A stretch of 64,000 bases of DNA from NCBI GenBank assembly GCA_947503925.1, contig CANNFQ010000018.1, forward strand, positions 4,125 to 68,124, written 5' to 3'. Source of the DNA: an uncultured Rhodobacteraceae bacterium. Lineage in GTDB: Bacteria; Pseudomonadota; Alphaproteobacteria; Rhodobacterales; Rhodobacteraceae. The notes under the pieces are model-generated. The model was not told the origin of the DNA. It made no database searches and saw nothing but the letters and a program-made list of their open reading frames with translations. Both the position numbers and the translations under genes were made by a program. Shown in pieces: positions 1 through 8,121 of the stretch. How positions within the stretch are numbered: position 1 is the first letter of the stretch; each line of letters begins with the position of its first letter.

Positions 1-861
1 TCCGCCACGCAGCGCAATCTGGGGCTGGGCCTATGTACCAGTGATATTGTCTTCATGCTGGATGATGACAGTTTCATGTTCCCGGACTGTGCAGAGGAAA
101 TCCTGCGCGTCTACGCCGCCGATACGGGTAATCAGGTCGCGGCGGTCTGTGCCGGGCTGGTGGGTGAACTGCCCCCGATCAATGACAGCACCGCCACGGC
201 CTTGCCTGCCCGCAAACAATCCGGGCGGCGTCAAAGTTCATTGGCTTACAAGCTGCTGCACACGAAACTTGGGCTTTGGATCAACCGGAAAATCCTGTTG
301 CAGAACAAGGATGAGCTGTTCATCAAATATGATGAACCGCGCCATGTGCAGATCCCCGATCACCTGAACGCGCTGGAGATCATCCCGCAGAATTTCATGC
401 CGGGGTCAGCCATGACCGTGCGCCGTAAGGTGGCGCTGGATGAACCGTTTGACCCATCCCTGCGCTATTACGCGGCGTTTGAAGATCTGGATGTTGCCTA
501 TCGCTATGCCCGTCATGGGCTGGTGTTGCAGGCCTTGCCCGCCAAAATCCACCATTACGAGGCGCAGGGCGGCCGGGTGAAGCGCAAGAAGCTGGTGATT
601 TTCCAGATGCTGAACATGCTGATCTTTCTCAAACGCCATGCTGCCCGGCCCGAGGCGTTTTTATGGCGTTACCGGATCCTGATGCTGCGCCGCATGATCG
701 GGGAAGGGGCCAAGGATTTTTTGGCCCGCCGTTGGGATTTCCCGCAATTGCGGGGTGTGTTTGTGGTCATGCGGGAATGGCGCAAAGTGTGGAACACCGA
801 TCTGGACGCCCTTGATCAGTGGTATCCGGAATTCCAAAAACGCATTTTGGATGATCTTTGA
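1..861 (+). CDS. Glycosyltransferase family 2 (5'-truncated by window edge)
   Basis: Frame is open from base 1 (SATQRNLGLGLCTSDIVFMLDDDSF): RNxG plus DxD-type motif; later FEDLD motif typical of GT2. Confidence 0.8.
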   Translation, partial: SATQRNLGLGLCTSDIVFMLDDDSFMFPDCAEEILRVYAADTGNQVAAVCAGLVGELPPINDSTATALPARKQSGRRQSSLAYKLLHTKLGLWINRKILLQNKDELFIKYDEPRHVQIPDHLNALEIIPQNFMPGSAMTVRRKVALDEPFDPSLRYYAAFEDLDVAYRYARHGLVLQALPAKIHHYEAQGGRVKRKKLVIFQMLNMLIFLKRHAARPEAFLWRYRILMLRRMIGEGAKDFLARRWDFPQLRGVFVVMREWRKVWNTDLDALDQWYPEFQKRILDDL

Positions 862-1045
862 TCCCGTGTTTCAAACATAGGTTGTGCCCGGAAAGCCTAT
901 AGGAATCCTGCACAAATAAGATAGAATACCAGCTAATCTACATTCATCCGGTACCATGCCGGGCCGTTATTGTTTTGTATCCCAAAGCCCATGTTTATAC
1001 AAAAGTGGTCCGGGGTTTATGTAAGTTGTTTTGAGCAGGTCATCC

Positions 1046-1819
1046 ATGAAGTGGTATTCTTCAAGCAAAGATGAAACCATCGCAGTTAATGTGACATCGC
1101 AATCTGTTCTTCTGGGTGATCTTAAACAGCGCCTTGAGGCAGTGAAGGGATTCACGGTCGCCACGTTGAACCTGGATCACGTGGTCAAGCTGCGCCGTGC
1201 AGGTGCCTTTCGCGAGGCTTATGAACATCACAGCCACATCACTGCTGATGGCAATCCGATTGTCTGGTTGCTGCGGTTGGCAGGCCAGCAGGTCAGCCTT
1301 GTGCCGGGCTCCGAACTTGTCGAACCAGTGCTGGAAATTGCCGCGTCGATGGATGTGCCGGTTGCGTTTCTGGGGTCGACACCGGCCTCGCTTGAAAAAG
1401 CCAAGGCGACCCTGACTACCCGTTATCCGGGGCTGCGTGTTGTGGCCTGTATTGCGCCTGCCATGGGTTTTGATCCGGCCGGGCCGGCTGCGGATGAGGC
1501 GATAGCCCAGCTACAGCAAAGCGGGGCGCGGCTTGTGTTTCTTGCACTGGGCGCCCCAAAACAGGAGGTTTTTGCTGCAAGGGCACAAGAACAGCTGCCT
1601 CAGACCGGTTTTCTGTCGATCGGGGCGGGGCTGGATTTCATATCCGGCACCCAGACCCGCGCACCCAAACTGGCGCAACGGCTGGCCCTTGAATGGCTGT
1701 GGCGGCTGGTTAGTAGCCCGATGCGGCTGGCGCGCCGCTATGGCAGTTGCATCCTGATCCTGCCCGAACTGGTCTGGCGCGCCTTGCGCAGCCGTAGCAG
1801 CGGGGCTGTCTCACGGTGA
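1046..1819 (+). CDS. WecB/TagA/CpsF family glycosyltransferase (GT26)
   Basis: Motifs TLNLDH, ITADGNPI, VPGSEL, VFLALGAPKQE, IGAGLDF, LEWLWRL. ATG at 1046 preferred over TTG 1031. Confidence 0.9.
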   Translation: MKWYSSSKDETIAVNVTSQSVLLGDLKQRLEAVKGFTVATLNLDHVVKLRRAGAFREAYEHHSHITADGNPIVWLLRLAGQQVSLVPGSELVEPVLEIAASMDVPVAFLGSTPASLEKAKATLTTRYPGLRVVACIAPAMGFDPAGPAADEAIAQLQQSGARLVFLALGAPKQEVFAARAQEQLPQTGFLSIGAGLDFISGTQTRAPKLAQRLALEWLWRLVSSPMRLARRYGSCILILPELVWRALRSRSSGAVSR

Positions 1820-2910
1820 AGGAACAGGCCCATATTGCAGACCAGGTCCCCCATGAGCGGATGAAGTTTGTTGAAAACAAGGATCCTGATCTGGCCCGCG
1901 TCGCGGGCCTGCTGGAAACATGTGCCAGTGCCAATCAATGGGCCAATTTCGGGCCGCTTTATCACCGTCTGGCCGCAGATTACGCCGCCCATATGGGGCT
2001 TGGCCCCGGGCTGACCATCACCCCATGCGCGAATGCTGGCATCGGATTGGAGATGCTGGCACGGGCACTGACGGCAGAGGCGGATAAGCCCGCACTCCGC
2101 TGGGTTGGGTCGGCCTTCAGTTTTAAAAATCTGGGCCGGGGCTATTTCGCGGATATGCAATTTGTCGATTGCGATGCGCAGGGGGTTCTGGATATCGCTT
2201 TGCTTGAGGCGCTGCCGGTAGACAGTTTTGACGGTGTCATCGTCACCAACCCTTTTGGGCTGTTGCAGGATTTTGCCCCTTTCATTCGTTTTGCTGAAAA
2301 GACCGACAAAAAACTGATCATCGATAATGCCGCAGGTTTGGGGCAGGGGATTCCGCCCTGGCCCTGGCAGGTGTTCAGCCTGCATCACACCAAGCCTTAC
2401 GGCATGGGCGAGGGGGGGCTGGTCCTGTCGCCTGCTGCGGTTGCGGAACTGCTAGTCCTGATGATCAACTATGATGCGGTGCCGATCAAACCGGCCTATT
2501 GGCTGAATAACGGCAAGATTTCCGACCTGTCCTGCGCCTTTCATATCGCCCGGCTGCAACAGGTCGATCAGTGGAAAGGCGGGTATCTGGAACAGCGCGC
2601 ACGGATTGCGGGCCTGTTTGCCGGTTTCGGCGTGCAAAGCCTGCTGCCCGAAGCAGGGGCTGTGCCGGTCAATACATTGCCTGTCCTGATGGGTGGGCCG
2701 GTTGTGCCGGAACGCCTGCATGTGCCGCGTATCGTCGATATCACCCGCCAATATCAGCCGTTGGTGCCATTGCCGCAGGCGCAGGCGATCTATGACCAGA
2801 TTATCAATTTCCCGGTCCATCCTGAGCTGGCCCGATTGTCAGACGCCCAGATCAATGGCGATATTGAATTGTTGCTGGGCGCTGTCGCAGATCACAAATC
2901 TGCTGGCTGA
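1816..2910 (+). CDS. DegT/DnrJ/EryC1/StrS family PLP-dependent sugar aminotransferase
   Basis: NFGP start motif, IIDNAAG (PLP-binding Asp), FSLHHTKPYGMGEGG (PLP Lys), NGKISDL, C-terminal NFPVHPEL. Confidence 0.85.
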   Translation: MKEQAHIADQVPHERMKFVENKDPDLARVAGLLETCASANQWANFGPLYHRLAADYAAHMGLGPGLTITPCANAGIGLEMLARALTAEADKPALRWVGSAFSFKNLGRGYFADMQFVDCDAQGVLDIALLEALPVDSFDGVIVTNPFGLLQDFAPFIRFAEKTDKKLIIDNAAGLGQGIPPWPWQVFSLHHTKPYGMGEGGLVLSPAAVAELLVLMINYDAVPIKPAYWLNNGKISDLSCAFHIARLQQVDQWKGGYLEQRARIAGLFAGFGVQSLLPEAGAVPVNTLPVLMGGPVVPERLHVPRIVDITRQYQPLVPLPQAQAIYDQIINFPVHPELARLSDAQINGDIELLLGAVADHKSAG

Positions 2911-4112
2911 TGGGTGTGGCTACGCCAACCGGGCCTGAACTGGTCGCCCTGCCGCCCCTGAAGGCGGTGCGTGGTCCCAATGGCGGCGCAATCATGACCC
3001 AGAAATATATCGAGGGCATTCAGGAACTGGCCAAGACATGGCCCGGCCCGATCACCACCCTTGCGGGATTTCGCACCAGCATGACCACCGATATGGATCA
3101 TGTGGAAATCCATGGTGATCAGCCCGTCATCGCGGTTGAACAGCGCCCCGACAATATTGCCCAACTCAAAGAGCGGCTGTCAAAAGCCGCCGTGGTGATG
3201 ACCTTCCTGTCCCCGCTGGAGGCATATACCGGCCAGATTTGTCAGGAATTGGGGGTGCCGCTGGTCTATTCATCGGAATATGCCCCCGCGACAGAACGCC
3301 AGATCGTTGATGCCGAAACGCAGAACCCGTTATTGCGCCTGCGCCGCAAGATATGGATCTGGAATGCCACCCGCAAACGCCGCGCCATGGCGACCCAGGC
3401 TGTCGGGCTGCAATGCAGCGGCACCCCGGTCTACGAGGCCTATCGCGCCTATTGTGCAAAGAGCCTGTTGTTTTTTGACAACCGAGTGCGTCATGCTGAG
3501 GTTCTAGATGATGCGGCGATGGCCGCAAAATGTGCCGCGTTGCAGCAGGACCGTCCGCTCAGGCTGGTGTTTGGCGGGCGCCTGATTGCCATGAAAGGTG
3601 TGCTTGAACTGCCCAAGATCGCCACGGCGCTTGGCCAGCAGGGCACCCCTTACCAGATGGATATCTATGGCAGCGGACCTTTGGAAGACGCATTGCGCGC
3701 GCAGATCGATGCGGCGGGGCTGGGCGCACAGGTGCAAATGAAAGGCGCGCTGGATTTCCGTACCGGCTGGATCCCGGCCTTGAAGGAAAAGGCGGATCTG
3801 TTCATCTGCCCGCATCCGCAAGGCGACCCCTCCAGCACATATCCCGAAGTTATGTCATGCGGCGTGCCGATCGTTGGATACGATAATGAGGCCTTTCGTG
3901 GGGTGGTGGCGCAATCGCAAGGTGGGGTGCTGACCCCGATGAACCGGCCCGCGGCATTGGCCGAGGCAGTTGCCCGGCTTGATCAGGACCGGGCAGAGCT
4001 GGTGCGTCTGGCACAGAAAGCACGGGAATTTGCGCTGGAACATTCCTTTGAAAAGACATTTGCCCGCCGGGCCACCCATCTGATGGAGGCGGCCGAGATC
4101 GCGCAGGGCTGA
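2910..4112 (+). CDS. Glycosyltransferase family 4
   Basis: GT-B C-terminal domain: FGGRLIAMKG, DIYGSGP, EVMSCGVPIVG. Confidence 0.85.
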   Translation: MGVATPTGPELVALPPLKAVRGPNGGAIMTQKYIEGIQELAKTWPGPITTLAGFRTSMTTDMDHVEIHGDQPVIAVEQRPDNIAQLKERLSKAAVVMTFLSPLEAYTGQICQELGVPLVYSSEYAPATERQIVDAETQNPLLRLRRKIWIWNATRKRRAMATQAVGLQCSGTPVYEAYRAYCAKSLLFFDNRVRHAEVLDDAAMAAKCAALQQDRPLRLVFGGRLIAMKGVLELPKIATALGQQGTPYQMDIYGSGPLEDALRAQIDAAGLGAQVQMKGALDFRTGWIPALKEKADLFICPHPQGDPSSTYPEVMSCGVPIVGYDNEAFRGVVAQSQGGVLTPMNRPAALAEAVARLDQDRAELVRLAQKAREFALEHSFEKTFARRATHLMEAAEIAQG

Positions 4113-4114
4113 TC

Positions 4115-5722
4115 CTATTCGGGCATATATTGCAGCAATGTCGGTTCGATATTGCGGACTACATCCATCAGCCGCGCCTCTGCCGCGCTGTCGCTTTCAC
4201 CGGGGGCGATCAATGTGGTCAGCCGGACTATGCCGCCATCGGTGCGCCCGGTGCGCACCCCATCGACCATCAGCCACAGCTTTGCGCCAAAATCCCAGGC
4301 CACGCGCCGCCCCTTTTGTTCAAACCAGTAATAGACCATCATCCGAACCTCGCCTTTTTGAATGATGGCCCGGTTAAGGTTGAACGGCACTGCCTGATCA
4401 AGGGCCGGGCCGATATCGGACCGTTCCAGCCAGGCGATTTCCCATCCTGCCCCGGGTAGACAGATTTCCGGGCTATGGACGCCGCCCGCAGTTTGGTCGG
4501 CATACCAGGCCATGAAAAGACCTACAGACGGGTCATCACCACGGGCCAGGGTGACGTCGTGATAATCATCGGCTTTCAACGCCAGCAAGGTCTCCGGGTC
4601 CAGCCGGCGGGCGGGCCCTTGCTGTTGCCAGTCGCCGATCATGGCGGGATAGGCAATAAACGGGGTACGGGGCAGTTGCATCTCGGCCCGTTGCGGAATG
4701 GCTGTCCAGGCCAGCGTGGCCGCGATCAGAATGCCGGTTGCCGCCATCAGGGCGGTGGATGGCTGGATCAGCCGTAGCCGCAATGCCTGCTGGCCCAGCC
4801 CGTCGGTTTCAAGATCCAGCGCTTCGGTCAGGCGCATCTTTTGCCGCTGGAACCGCAACAACACCCAAGCCAGCGCAAACAGGATCACGATACAGGCGAT
4901 AAAGATCACCCAACCTTCAAAGAAATGAGTGAACCCTTCGAGCCAATCGACACCGTAATGCTGTGCCAGAACCCCGGCCACGGCGATCCGGACCGAATTC
5001 ATCAAAACGGTGATGGGTGCGGCAGAGATCAGCAGGATTGCCTTATGCCAGATCGGCCCTTTGTAAAGCACCGCAAAGATGTAGGAAAAGCTCAAGATAG
5101 GGAACAGGTAGCGTAGCCCGGAACAAGCCTCGGCCACATGCAGCTTCAGCACGCCAAGATCAATGATATTGCCTTCGAGGAAAACAGGCACCGCCAGCAG
5201 TCCCAGAAACCAAACCCCCAGTTCCGATGAGATCAGCTGCAACCCAGCCGACATCTTGTAATAAAGCGTATCGGGCAGGGGCAGCATATAGACCAGATGC
5301 AGCACAGGCGGCCAGAAATGCCGCCCCACCCGCCAGCCAAAACTGATTAGCAGCAGCCCACCAACCCAGATGATCAACGCATAGGCCACGATATCATCGA
5401 TATTGGCCAGCCGCCCCAGCGCACCCAAAAGCACTGCGGCAATGACCACAAACACCCCCGGCCAGCGGTCATCAACTTGTCCGGGAGTGGGCGGATATTC
5501 CTTGAGTTGGCGCAGGAACAACAGGGCAGACAGCACCGGGATCAGTGGCCCGTGGCTGTATTCAGGCAATTGCCAGGCTTTCAGAAGGGCCGCCAGCCCA
5601 TCCTGAAAGAAAAACCCGGCTGCCAGGATCGCCAGCACAAGCCAGAACATCCCCCATGTCAGAAAGGATGTGATCATCATGCGCAGCGGATGCAGGAATT
5701 GGGTTGTCACGGACTGGGACAT
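4115..5722 (-). CDS. xrtD: Exosortase D (VPLPA-CTERM-specific) fused to EpsI-like periplasmic domain
   Basis: EYSHGPLIP, VAEACSGLRY (catalytic Cys), NSVRIA (Arg), HFFEGW (His); multi-TM N-half; C-terminal HSPEICLPGAGW EpsI motif; VPLPA-CTERM gene in the same window. ATG 5722 chosen; ORF is open to 5752. Confidence 0.92.
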   Translation of the reverse strand: MSQSVTTQFLHPLRMMITSFLTWGMFWLVLAILAAGFFFQDGLAALLKAWQLPEYSHGPLIPVLSALLFLRQLKEYPPTPGQVDDRWPGVFVVIAAVLLGALGRLANIDDIVAYALIIWVGGLLLISFGWRVGRHFWPPVLHLVYMLPLPDTLYYKMSAGLQLISSELGVWFLGLLAVPVFLEGNIIDLGVLKLHVAEACSGLRYLFPILSFSYIFAVLYKGPIWHKAILLISAAPITVLMNSVRIAVAGVLAQHYGVDWLEGFTHFFEGWVIFIACIVILFALAWVLLRFQRQKMRLTEALDLETDGLGQQALRLRLIQPSTALMAATGILIAATLAWTAIPQRAEMQLPRTPFIAYPAMIGDWQQQGPARRLDPETLLALKADDYHDVTLARGDDPSVGLFMAWYADQTAGGVHSPEICLPGAGWEIAWLERSDIGPALDQAVPFNLNRAIIQKGEVRMMVYYWFEQKGRRVAWDFGAKLWLMVDGVRTGRTDGGIVRLTTLIAPGESDSAAEARLMDVVRNIEPTLLQYMPE

Positions 5723-5864
5723 GATAAAATGGCAACGCAGAAAAAGGAACAAACACGAAGGGTGATCTTAGGCGAATTTGCCCGCCAATACCATGAAAAG
5801 CGGTTTCACAAAAACGTTCTTTCGTCACGAGGGATGACAAGCTGCCAGATGTAAATCATAAGCG

Positions 5865-7202
5865 GTGCGGCTGCCTGCATATTATGACGAAAGCTTTCTT
5901 TTGACCGGTTCCATTCCAAAAGTTCTGATTATCGCCGAAGAGGCGAACCCCGAATGGGTCAGCGTGCCGTTGGTCGGTTGGTCACTGGCTTATGCCCTGC
6001 GCGATGTGGCGGATGTGCATATCGTCACCCAGATCCGCAACCGTGATGCGTTCCTGCGCGCGGGCCTGACCGAAGGGGATGATTTCACGGCGATTGATTC
6101 AGAAGCCATCGCCGCCCCGCTGCACCGGTTTTCAGCCGCTCTTGGCCTGGGCAGTGGCAAGGGCTGGACCCTCAACACCGCGATCATGTCGCTGACCTAT
6201 CCTTATTTTGAACGGCTGGTCTGGAAACGCTTTGGCACGGATATCAAGGCCGGGCGCTATGATCTGGTGCATCGGATCACCCCGCTGAGCCCGACGACAA
6301 ATTCAACGATTGCCGCCAAATGTGCCGCCGTTGATGTGCCTTTCATGATGGGCCCGCTCAATGGCGGGGTGCCATGGCCAAAAGGTTTTGATACCGAACG
6401 CCGCCGCGAACGCGAGTGGCTATCCTATATCCGCGGCGCCTATAAGCTGATGCCGGGACGCGGGCGCAGCCTTGCCGCATCCCGTGCCATCCTGGTTGGT
6501 TCGCGCCATACCGGCAGCGAAATTCCGCAAAAGCATCAGCACAAGCTGGTCTATATGCCTGAAAACGCAATTGACCTGTCGCGGTTCAACAAACGCGCGG
6601 GTCAGGATCTGACCCCGCCTTTGCGGGGTTGTTTCATTGGTCGCCTTGTCCCTTACAAAGGGCCCGACATGTTGCTGGAGGCCGCAACCCCGCTTTTGCG
6701 GGATGGCAGGCTGACCCTTGATATCATTGGCGATGGGCCGATGCGTAGCGATCTGGAAACCATGGTGGCGCAGGGTGATCTGGGCGGGGTCACGTTTCAC
6801 GGCAACCTGCCGCATGAACAGGTGCAGGATGTGGCGGTTCGGTCCAACCTCCTGACCTTTCCGTCGATCCGGGAATTTGGCGGCGGTGTTGTGCTGGAGG
6901 CGATGGCGCTGGGGGTAGTGCCACTGATTGTCGATTATGCCGGCCCGGGTGAGCTGGTGACATCCAACACCGGCTATAAAATCCCAATCGGGTCGCGGGA
7001 TGCCATTATCGCAGGGTTAGCGGATAAACTGGCAGAGATCGCCGCCGCACCCGAAGATTTGCCGGATATGGGCGCCCGCGCCCATGCCCGGGCCTATGAT
7101 TTATTCACCTGGCCTGTCAAAGCCCGTCAGGTGCGTGAAGTGTATGATGCCGTGCTGCATGGTAAGCCGGGTGCGTTGTCATCACTGCAATGGTTTTCTT
7201 AA
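5865..7202 (+). CDS. Glycosyltransferase family 4
   Basis: FIGRLVPYKG, DIIGDGP, SIREFGGGVVLEAMALG (EX7E). Start codon uncertain. Confidence 0.88.
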   Translation: MRLPAYYDESFLLTGSIPKVLIIAEEANPEWVSVPLVGWSLAYALRDVADVHIVTQIRNRDAFLRAGLTEGDDFTAIDSEAIAAPLHRFSAALGLGSGKGWTLNTAIMSLTYPYFERLVWKRFGTDIKAGRYDLVHRITPLSPTTNSTIAAKCAAVDVPFMMGPLNGGVPWPKGFDTERRREREWLSYIRGAYKLMPGRGRSLAASRAILVGSRHTGSEIPQKHQHKLVYMPENAIDLSRFNKRAGQDLTPPLRGCFIGRLVPYKGPDMLLEAATPLLRDGRLTLDIIGDGPMRSDLETMVAQGDLGGVTFHGNLPHEQVQDVAVRSNLLTFPSIREFGGGVVLEAMALGVVPLIVDYAGPGELVTSNTGYKIPIGSRDAIIAGLADKLAEIAAAPEDLPDMGARAHARAYDLFTWPVKARQVREVYDAVLHGKPGALSSLQWFS

Positions 7203-7215
7203 AGGGGTCCTTGTT

Positions 7216-8121
7216 ATGGATAGATCCGGTTATGTGCTGATTTCGCCTTGCCGCAATGAGGCTGATTATATGCGCCGCACATTGGACAGTGTGGCGGCCC
7301 AGACAGTGACGCCCGCCCTTTGGTTGATTGTCGATGACGGGTCCACTGATGCCACCCCGGATATCCTGCGTGAATACGCAGATAAGCATGACTGGATCAC
7401 GGTTGTCACCAAACCTGACCGGGGCCACCGGGCGGTTGGGCCCGGGGTTATTGATGCGTTCTATTTCGGTGTGGAACAGATCGATCTGGCCGCCTATGCC
7501 TATTCCTGCAAGTTTGACCTCGATCTGGAAATACCGCCGCGCTATTTCGAGATTCTGATCAGCCGGATGGAAGATGACCCAAGGCTGGGGACCTGTTCGG
7601 GCAAGCCTTATATCATGCGCAACGGGGCGCTTGTGTCCGAACGCCGGGGGGATGAGATGTCTGTGGGCATGACCAAGTTCTACCGCCGGGAATGTTTCGA
7701 TGACATTGGCGGTTATGTCCGCGAGGTCATGTGGGACGCGATTGATTGCCACAAGGCGCGCCAAAAGGGATGGATCGCGCGCAGTTGGGATGAACCTGAT
7801 CTGCGGTTTGAACATTTGCGGCCCATGGGGTCCAGCCAATCAGGCATCTATACCGGGCGCAGGCGGCACGGGTTTGGCCAGTATTTCATGGGCTCTGACC
7901 CGCTGTTTTTTCTGGCGACCAGCGTGTTTCGGATGACAGAGCCGCCTTATATCCTGGGCGGTCTTGCGACGATCCAGGGGTATTTGGGCGCCTGGCTGCG
8001 GCGGGACAGGCAATTGGATGATCCTGAACTGGTTCGTTTCATCCGTGCCTATCAGCGGCGCGCCCTGCGCAAGGGCAAGGCTGCGGCGATTGCAGAGCAG
8101 GAAGCCGCGCAAGCGCGCTAG
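7216..8121 (+). CDS. Glycosyltransferase family 2
   Basis: LISPCRNEA, IVDDGSTD, KFDLD motifs. ATG 7216 follows the upstream stop; the ORF-track extension from 7084 overlaps the previous gene. Confidence 0.9.
   Translation: MDRSGYVLISPCRNEADYMRRTLDSVAAQTVTPALWLIVDDGSTDATPDILREYADKHDWITVVTKPDRGHRAVGPGVIDAFYFGVEQIDLAAYAYSCKFDLDLEIPPRYFEILISRMEDDPRLGTCSGKPYIMRNGALVSERRGDEMSVGMTKFYRRECFDDIGGYVREVMWDAIDCHKARQKGWIARSWDEPDLRFEHLRPMGSSQSGIYTGRRRHGFGQYFMGSDPLFFLATSVFRMTEPPYILGGLATIQGYLGAWLRRDRQLDDPELVRFIRAYQRRALRKGKAAAIAEQEAAQAR

Noticed and set aside
8118-8121. CTAG overlap of two convergent stop codons as an insertion scar
   Set aside because: Ordinary 4-bp convergent stop overlap; no terminal repeats or target duplication.
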